Shown: positions 57,530 to 64,000 of the stretch, piece after piece
How positions within the stretch are numbered: position 1 is the first letter of the stretch
How the letters are laid out: every line of letters starts with the position of its first letter
From: Candidatus Levyibacteriota bacterium
Lineage (GTDB): Bacteria > Patescibacteriota > Microgenomatia > Levybacterales > UBA12049
Assembly: GCA_016214555.1 (NCBI GenBank)
Contig: JACROF010000002.1
Coordinates: forward strand, 136,125 to 200,124
Reading direction: 5' to 3'
DNA length: 64,000 bases
The notes under the pieces: model-generated
What the model was told of the DNA's origin: nothing
What the model saw: the letters and a program-made list of their open reading frames with translations, nothing else
Database searches by the model: none
Translations under genes and position numbers: made by a program

Positions 57530-58291
57530 TTACACGATGGGGATAAGATGATCCATAACTTTCTCAAGCTCCTGAGGAAGAGGTGCGTTAAAACTAACCT
57601 CATTACCTGTTGAAGGATGGGTAAATGATATTGAAAAAGCATGGAGAAAAACCCTACCCAACAGTTTTCTATCATTTTTTTGAGTTTTTCGTCCTGCGTA
57701 TAAAAAGTCTGCAAATATTGGGAACCCAATGTACTGCAAATGAACCCTAATCTGATGCGTTCTCCCAGTAAGAGGCATCACCTTTACGAGAGTGAGGATT
57801 TCCTTTTTCTTATCATCTGTTCTAAAATACCCATCTACTTTATATGTAGAGACTGACTCTTTACCACCTGGAACAACACCAAACTGTCGCCTATTCCAGG
57901 GAACCCTACCAACGGGAACATTGATAGTCCCCTCTTCTGGCACTATTCTTCCATGAGCTAATGCTATATATGTTTTGTGAACAATCCGTGATTTAAATTG
58001 CCTCTGAAGCTCAACAAATGACTTTTCATTTTTCGCGATTAAAAGTACTCCAGATGTTTCTTTATCGATCCGATGAACAATCCCACAGCGAGCAACAAAA
58101 TCACTCTCCTCTTCATCATCAATTTCACTATCATTTTCTTCCTGATGTAACTGGAAATGAAGATAGCTCTGCACTAAATCCTGGATTGTTTCCTCTTCTT
58201 TTGTTGTCTCAGAACGATTTACAGTAACTCCAGCAGGCTTATTGATAACCAAAAGATCATCGTCCTCATATATAACGTTAAGTTTTCCCAT
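57530..58291 (-). CDS. RluA-family pseudouridine synthase
   Basis: HRIDKETSGVLLIAKN catalytic motif. Confidence 0.8.
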   Translation of the reverse strand: MGKLNVIYEDDDLLVINKPAGVTVNRSETTKEEETIQDLVQSYLHFQLHQEENDSEIDDEEESDFVARCGIVHRIDKETSGVLLIAKNEKSFVELQRQFKSRIVHKTYIALAHGRIVPEEGTINVPVGRVPWNRRQFGVVPGGKESVSTYKVDGYFRTDDKKKEILTLVKVMPLTGRTHQIRVHLQYIGFPIFADFLYAGRKTQKNDRKLLGRVFLHAFSISFTHPSTGNEVSFNAPLPQELEKVMDHLIPIV

Positions 58292-58292
58292 A

Positions 58293-58982
58293 TTACATTT
58301 TGATGTGGGTTACATCCCTTTCTTGGAGAACAAGCAGTGTCAGCGCAGCAGCAAACACAACCACAAGTAAAATAGTGTCAATTTGCAAAAGCACCAACAT
58401 ATCATTCCTCTCATGAACAATCTTTGTCAAAAATAGAGTAAATGACATAATAATGAGGACCAAAAGACCAAGACTGCCATCTTTTAACTCTCCCCTATTA
58501 TTGAGTGGCAATAAAACTTTTACAAAAAAAATGAGGGTAAAAAAAAGTAAAATAGGCATAAAAATCCCTGCAAAAATATCAGTCATTCCACGCAGTAACT
58601 CAGCTCCAAAAAACCCAAAAGGAAGAGCCCCTAAAAGCGCCATGGAAAAAAAATCAAAAATTCTCCCTGTTGGGAATTTTTTTCTTTTATAAAAAAGTAG
58701 GAACAATATTCCCCCTACTACTCCACCGATGAGAGAAAGTCCTGGAAAATAAGGAAAAAGCAAAAAAACAAGCGGATTTAAAAATCCAGAGCTTGGATGA
58801 AGAATGACATAGACTATACGAGCAAACAAAAGTCCAACACCTGCTGTGTAAAAAGCGAGATTAAACAATAATTCAATCGTCACATTTTTTCTCACAAAAA
58901 CAAGATCCTCTTTTGCTAACACATGAAGACCAAAAAGAAAGATAATAAAACATAAAATAAGAATAATAATTAAAAACTGCAT
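58293..58982 (-). CDS. hypothetical polytopic membrane protein
   Basis: 6-7 predicted TM helices. Confidence 0.4.
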   Translation of the reverse strand: MQFLIIILILCFIIFLFGLHVLAKEDLVFVRKNVTIELLFNLAFYTAGVGLLFARIVYVILHPSSGFLNPLVFLLFPYFPGLSLIGGVVGGILFLLFYKRKKFPTGRIFDFFSMALLGALPFGFFGAELLRGMTDIFAGIFMPILLFFTLIFFVKVLLPLNNRGELKDGSLGLLVLIIMSFTLFLTKIVHERNDMLVLLQIDTILLVVVFAAALTLLVLQERDVTHIKM

Positions 58983-60254
58983 TTAATAATCAATTAAAAT
59001 ACGAGAAATACCTAATCCCAACAAGACAATTCCAATTCCTACAATTACTTTTTCAACTCCAAAAAAATCGGACAATCCACCTGCTGCCAAAATAGGAATT
59101 AAAGAAAACATTCCTACCATTGAATTAAGAACTCCATATATCTTTCCTCGAAACTCATCTGATGTTTTCTCCTGAAGAATAGTATTTGACGGAACAAAAA
59201 CAAATGCATTAGCCAATCCCAACACAAATGCAAGCACGACTACTAGGTGAAGATTTGTTATGCCAAAGCTATGAGGCAAAAAAGTGTTAAGCTCTTTAAC
59301 GATACCCTTTCCTGCAATTGCAGACCCGTATGGCAACAATAGCATCGCAATCCCTGAAAGGAACAGTCCTAGTGTTGCCAACTTTTCTTTTGACTTGTAA
59401 TGAAGGATAGTCAATAAAAATATCGCTCCCACTAAAAGTCCTATTGCAGCTGGAGCGATAAAGAAAAGTGGAAATTTTTGGATACTAATTTTTAGAACTT
59501 GATTCGCATACCCTGGTGCGACAACTGCAAGCACCAACAAAAGTATTTGTGAGATTGTTAGTAGAAAAATAGAGTTATATATTTCTTTAGAATTCCTCAT
59601 AATCGACAACGAATGTTTGACCTCTGTCATAAGTGCTGATTTTGGCGTTCCAAGAATTCCCTTCCTGCTAATAAAACTCCCTTTGTTAATTTTTATCCCC
59701 GATACAAAAAATGAGCTTACAAGAAAAAGACCACCAAGAAGTAAAAGCGTATTTACTTCACCAAATAATAGGATCACTGGCCCTGATAAGAGATAAGCAA
59801 ACAGCACAGATCCAAAAAGTCCTAAGCCAAAAAGAGCATTTGCTGAAAAGAGAAAATCCTTTCTCACAATAAGAGGGATCATCGGGGTCTCAGCTGGTAT
59901 AAAAAATTGTGTAACGAGCGCCACAATAAATAATGCGAGATATACAAAAATAAGATTACTATGAAAAATCGCAAGAACGATCAATACTATTCCCCTGATG
60001 ATATTGCTCGTAAAAAGAACCTGTTTTTTATCCCAACGATCTACATACACCCCAGCAAGTACTCCAAAAAGAATCGAAGGTAGCGTAAAACATATTACTG
60101 CAAATGAGACAGCAGTACTAGATTTGGTAAGTGAGAAAACTTGGAGAATAACAAAAAAGTTAAATAAATTGAAAGCAATTTGAGTTGTGATTTCAGCAAG
60201 CCATAGAAAAAGAAAAGATCTCTCCTCAAATGCGCGGAAAATGCGATTTTTCAT
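58983..60254 (-). CDS. MFS transporter
   Basis: 12-TM topology and a GVYVDRWDKK-like motif after TM2. Confidence 0.65.
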   Translation of the reverse strand: MKNRIFRAFEERSFLFLWLAEITTQIAFNLFNFFVILQVFSLTKSSTAVSFAVICFTLPSILFGVLAGVYVDRWDKKQVLFTSNIIRGIVLIVLAIFHSNLIFVYLALFIVALVTQFFIPAETPMIPLIVRKDFLFSANALFGLGLFGSVLFAYLLSGPVILLFGEVNTLLLLGGLFLVSSFFVSGIKINKGSFISRKGILGTPKSALMTEVKHSLSIMRNSKEIYNSIFLLTISQILLLVLAVVAPGYANQVLKISIQKFPLFFIAPAAIGLLVGAIFLLTILHYKSKEKLATLGLFLSGIAMLLLPYGSAIAGKGIVKELNTFLPHSFGITNLHLVVVLAFVLGLANAFVFVPSNTILQEKTSDEFRGKIYGVLNSMVGMFSLIPILAAGGLSDFFGVEKVIVGIGIVLLGLGISRILIDY

Positions 60255-60808
60255 TATGCTTTTTCTGTATATGCACCTGTTCTGGTATCAACTCGGATTG
60301 ACTCTCCGATATTGATAAAAAGAGGAACTTTTGTCTGAGTCCCATTTTCTAGTGTAGCATCTTTAAAAACATTTGTTGCAGAATTTCCTTTAATACCTGG
60401 TGCCGTATCTACTATTTTAAAAACCATCTTGGATGGTAAAGCAACAGTAAGCGCTTCGTTATCTAAAAAACTAATTTGAAAATTTTCACCTTCCTTTAGA
60501 TACGCGTGGTCTGGAATCTTTGAGAGTGCAATCTGAATTTGATCATAGGTGCTGGGATTCATAAAAAATGCATGGGTATCATCTTTATAAAGAAATTGGA
60601 GATCTCTTTTCATGACCTGAACATCGTTAACTTTTGCTCCATTGATATAGCTTTTTTCAAGCGTTGAACCACTTTTAAGGTTTTTAACTCTTACTTTAAT
60701 ATTGGCACTTCCCCGCCCCATTTTAATATGCTCATAGGACACAACCATAAGAAGCTGTCCATCCTCTTGATAGGTTGTACCTGCTCGAAGATCAGTAACT
60801 GAAATCAT
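60254..60808 (-). CDS. efp: elongation factor P
   Basis: MISVTDLRAGTTYQEDG and the KOW/OB domain pattern. Confidence 0.85.
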   Translation of the reverse strand: MISVTDLRAGTTYQEDGQLLMVVSYEHIKMGRGSANIKVRVKNLKSGSTLEKSYINGAKVNDVQVMKRDLQFLYKDDTHAFFMNPSTYDQIQIALSKIPDHAYLKEGENFQISFLDNEALTVALPSKMVFKIVDTAPGIKGNSATNVFKDATLENGTQTKVPLFINIGESIRVDTRTGAYTEKA

Positions 60809-62361
60809 TTTTTGCTCTCCTCCTCAATATATTGTAACACAGTACGCACGCCAAACCCTGTTCCACCCTTTGGTCCTAAGCTAGACGGCCTACTAGCAAA
60901 AGCAGGTCCCGCGATGTCAAAGTGAATCCAGGGTACTTTGTTGACAAATTCCTGCAAAAATAGCGCCGCAGTTATCGTCCCGCCATATCGCGAGTTAGGA
61001 ATATTTGCAATATCCGCTACCTCGCTTTTATTCATACTCTTGTAATCCTCATCAAGTGGCAACTCCCATACTTTTTCCCCTTTTTTCTTTGCTGCCTCTT
61101 TTACTTTTTCACCAAACGTTGCTTCATTAGCAAATATCGCAGCAATATCCTCACCAAGTGCGACTAAACAAGCTCCAGTTAGCGTTGCAAAATCCATTAT
61201 CTCTGTTGCGCCTTGTTTTACAGCATAAGAAAGACTGTCTGCCATGGTAACCCTTCCTTCAGCATCAGTATTAAGTATCTCAATTGTTTTGCCGTTGTAC
61301 GCCCTCACAACGTCTCCTGGGACAACTCCTTTTCCTGATATTAGATTTGGTGTTGCGGCAATAACTCCCATTACCTCAAATGATGGTTCTATTTGGGCTA
61401 ATACAGAAAAAACTCCAAGGACAAGTGCTGCGCCAGACATATCCATTTTCATATCTTGCATATGATCGCCAGGCTTTACATTGATTCCTCCACTGTCAAA
61501 CGTTATTCCCTTTCCAATAAGGGCAAGTTTTTTCTTACTTGGTGATTTTTTTGGTTTGTACTCAAGTACAATAAATTTAGGGGGTGTATCAGATGCTCTT
61601 GCAATACCTAAAAATGCATCAAATCCCAACTTTTCAGCTTCTTTTTTCTCTATAATTCTACATGAAATAGCACTACTCGATTTAGCAATATCGTTTGCTA
61701 AATCAGCAAGATATGTAGGAGTAGCAACTGATGCTTGCTCATTGATAAGATCTCGAGCAATCGTAGTAGCCTTTGCATAAAGCTCACCTTTTTCAATAGC
61801 TTTTTTAACTTTTTTCTCATCAATATCTGATGCAAAAATTGTCAGCTCAAAAACTCTTTCTTCCTTTTTCTTTTCCTTGTATTTCACAAATTGATAGGAG
61901 CCCAAAAGCATACTCTCTGTCATCGCAATGACCAATGAATCAAATGATTTTTCATCAAAAATTTCAGGCAATGTCAGTACTGCAGAATTAATTACGTTCT
62001 TATGACTTGAGGCAAATGATCCAAGAGCTTTTCTGATAACACTGTAATTCCATTTCTCCTTCTCCCCAAGTCCTATGACAAGAATTTTTGTCGCTGGAAT
62101 CATACTTGAGGTGAAAAAACTAACTTTCTCCCCCACTTTGCCAGTAAATTTGTCTGCCTGACAGGCAAGAGAGAGTTGTCCTTTTACTTTTTTATCAAGT
62201 AAATCAAAAAGTTTTGTGGGTACAAACGAAGATTTTTTACCTTTTTGTTGAAACAAAAAAAACACAATTATATCTGTAGAGATGAGGTCTAATGACTTTT
62301 TTGACACTTCAAATTTCATAATAGATGCTATTGTAGCAACTACGAGAGAAAAATGGAACAT
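60805..62361 (-). CDS. pepA: leucyl aminopeptidase (M17 family)
   Basis: NTDAEGRVTMAD signature. Confidence 0.85.
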   Translation of the reverse strand: MFHFSLVVATIASIMKFEVSKKSLDLISTDIIVFFLFQQKGKKSSFVPTKLFDLLDKKVKGQLSLACQADKFTGKVGEKVSFFTSSMIPATKILVIGLGEKEKWNYSVIRKALGSFASSHKNVINSAVLTLPEIFDEKSFDSLVIAMTESMLLGSYQFVKYKEKKKEERVFELTIFASDIDEKKVKKAIEKGELYAKATTIARDLINEQASVATPTYLADLANDIAKSSSAISCRIIEKKEAEKLGFDAFLGIARASDTPPKFIVLEYKPKKSPSKKKLALIGKGITFDSGGINVKPGDHMQDMKMDMSGAALVLGVFSVLAQIEPSFEVMGVIAATPNLISGKGVVPGDVVRAYNGKTIEILNTDAEGRVTMADSLSYAVKQGATEIMDFATLTGACLVALGEDIAAIFANEATFGEKVKEAAKKKGEKVWELPLDEDYKSMNKSEVADIANIPNSRYGGTITAALFLQEFVNKVPWIHFDIAGPAFASRPSSLGPKGGTGFGVRTVLQYIEEESKK

Positions 62362-62386
62362 TTCTTGGTATAATTGAGTCCTATCA

Positions 62387-62474
62387 GCCGGGATGGTGGA
62401 ATGGTAGACACGAAGGTCTCAAAAACCTTTGATCATAATAGATCATGTGGGTTCGAGTCCCTCTCCCGGCACCA
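62387..62474 (+). tRNA. tRNA-Leu (anticodon CAA), class II with long variable arm, CCA encoded
   Basis: Acceptor stem GCCGGGA/TCCCGGC and D-stem GTG/CAC. Anticodon stem AAGGT/ACCTT with loop CTCAAAA. Variable arm TGATC-ATAATA-GATCA, T-loop TTCGAGT, 3' ACCA. Confidence 0.8.
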
Positions 62475-62619
62475 TTTCTCAAAAAGTCCCGAATGTCTTT
62501 TGCTTTCAATCAAATCACTACTTTGCTATAATCCCCTTGCCAAATGGTTTGGCAGATCCCACATGCGTGGGAGCACATTCACAATCCTAAAACCCCTAAG
62601 TCGGGGAAAGGAGAAAAAA

Positions 62620-63975
62620 ATGTCGTCGAAAAATCTTCCCGAAGCGATGGCTTTCTACCATGAAGCGGGCCTTCCGGCAGCATGGAAACAAGCTATGAAA
62701 TTTACGGAGCCGAGTGGACGTCTGGCTACTATGCCAGATATCACCATGGCCAGACTAGCAACTATGCCAGGAAGCTATCCATGGGAGCGATACTTTACTA
62801 CCCTTACTGCTGAATACTATGGTCTTAGCAAAAACGGTAGACGAATTCTTATCGTTGCTCATGGGGTTGGTCCTATGGCTAACCTCGATGGGATACTCAA
62901 AGCTTATAGCTGGGAGTATAACGATAAAGATCGAAATCGACACGGAGGTAGGATTACACAGCAAGAATTTTGGGATCTTGAAGCAGGCAAGTATGGCCCG
63001 GTCGAGATAATTGACATTCAGGGATACTGCCAAACAAGACAGTACCCATTCATCTCTATTCTTCGCGCATCAGATGCTTTCGTAGACCCAATCCTCCATG
63101 CGAGACTTGGTCCTGACGCCTTGACGTATATCACAGCACACACTGAGGCATCGCGACTCTGGCACAAGGAGCAAGCAGGAATCGATCCTGAAAATCGATT
63201 CAATCTCCCAGACTATAACGAATATTTGATTCGCCGAGAGAAAATGCATTTCCTAGCAAGTCTTGAAGATTCTGACCCCTACATCATCGGCCTAAAAGGG
63301 AGTAGTTTTCTCTATTACCTTGGTCGTAAACACGGGTTTCAAGAGCCCGAGGAGGGGTATGCTGTAGCCCATTTAGTCTCAACAACAGGACTAGCCCACG
63401 CTCACCACGAAGGCAATGAAAGCCTCGTGTTGGATGTAAGTCTTCATGGATGGAGTGATGGAGTAAGACTCGTTGGCATCAGACCTGAAGGAAGTACAAA
63501 AAACGGTATTCATCAGGATGCTGATCCAAGAGAGCTCTTAAAAAAATACTGGCAAAGACTCTTCAAATCAGCCGGAAATCAACACCCAATCAATTTTTGC
63601 GGACTTGTCCAGCTTGGAGACGAATGGTTCACTCAATACCCTAAAAAGGGCGCTGGACTTGATACCTACGAGCCAGAATACAAAGTTACTTTTCTCTACC
63701 CAATTGGAACACCTGTTCCGTTTGTTACTGACATCAAGGGACACTATATGTTTTTCAAGTTCGACATCAACGAATTGAAAGCGATTGCCCCGCCTCAGGC
63801 GAATGGCTATTTCTTCACAAACGAACCAGAGCTGGTATGTGGGCAAGGAAACCCAACCCATCAAACCATTATGGTCCAGTTCTACAAGGTCTGGGCAGAC
63901 ACGACAAAACGATTAAAACGTGAGTCCGAGCTTGCCCACGACTACCAGACCATGCTGGATCTTGCATTCGCATGA
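62620..63975 (+). CDS. hypothetical protein (higher GC, tRNA-adjacent)
   Basis: Start moved to the ATG at 62620 (AAAGGAGAAAAAAATG); the 5'-extended ORF overlaps the tRNA. No recognised family. Local GC is ~55%. Confidence 0.5.
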   Translation: MSSKNLPEAMAFYHEAGLPAAWKQAMKFTEPSGRLATMPDITMARLATMPGSYPWERYFTTLTAEYYGLSKNGRRILIVAHGVGPMANLDGILKAYSWEYNDKDRNRHGGRITQQEFWDLEAGKYGPVEIIDIQGYCQTRQYPFISILRASDAFVDPILHARLGPDALTYITAHTEASRLWHKEQAGIDPENRFNLPDYNEYLIRREKMHFLASLEDSDPYIIGLKGSSFLYYLGRKHGFQEPEEGYAVAHLVSTTGLAHAHHEGNESLVLDVSLHGWSDGVRLVGIRPEGSTKNGIHQDADPRELLKKYWQRLFKSAGNQHPINFCGLVQLGDEWFTQYPKKGAGLDTYEPEYKVTFLYPIGTPVPFVTDIKGHYMFFKFDINELKAIAPPQANGYFFTNEPELVCGQGNPTHQTIMVQFYKVWADTTKRLKRESELAHDYQTMLDLAFA

Positions 63976-64000
63976 TCTGACCTCAACCGCACACTTCTGG

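Noticed and set aside
57409-57729. 106-aa ORF on the minus strand overlapping the 3' end of the rluA-family gene
   Set aside because: It lies on the same strand but a different frame from a well-supported gene. It has no SD and Leu/Arg-rich nonsense-like composition. The small SD-equipped ORF at 57348..57497 is a better explanation for this spacer.
62374-62619. 5' extension of the 533-aa ORF running through the tRNA-Leu gene
   Set aside because: It overlaps a clear tRNA on the same strand and has no RBS. The ATG at 62620 has a consensus AAAGGAG SD.

Overview
This window reads as a low-GC (~35-40%), gene-dense bacterial chromosome segment with overlapping stop/start junctions. Core proteins are shortened: the ThrRS lacks N-terminal editing domains and the PheT and HolB-like proteins are short. 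That is consistent with a reduced-genome lineage, possibly CPR/Patescibacteria-like, though taxonomy cannot be established from this window. Most of it is housekeeping. The + strand carries thrS-infC-rpmI-rplT-(tandem leader-like modules)-pheS-pheT, tyrS, recG, and rpmF-nusB-rnc-rpsP-KH-trmD. It also carries gyrB-ppa-gyrA, folD, an ABC exporter and a SIMPL-domain protein; xerC/D lies on the - strand. The - strand carries efp, pepA, yebC and rluA. A roughly 15 kb minus-strand type IV pilus locus spans 17.6-32.7 kb. It holds pilO/N/M, a PilX-like protein, at least seven prepilin genes, pilD and pilC/T/B, with two GT-C-like membrane glycosyltransferases embedded. The main anomaly is a higher-GC (~50-57%) block at 33.5-40.7 kb inserted between the holB-like gene and gyrB. 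It encodes pncB and an NrtR-like Nudix regulator, then an operon of a PP2C phosphatase, an atypical protein kinase with a Zn-ribbon, an isochorismatase-like cysteine hydrolase and a vWA protein. This resembles a TerY-P-like phosphorylation triad with extra components. Other notable items are a tandem-duplicated ~0.4-0.5 kb module between rplT and pheS and an A14 tract that fuses the KH protein to TrmD. There is an apparent frameshift in gyrB, and pilin genes share identical 44-nt repeats and carry an A9 tract. An 816-nt AT-rich non-coding stretch holds a perfect 34-nt palindrome. A tRNA-Leu is followed by a second higher-GC ORF of unknown function.
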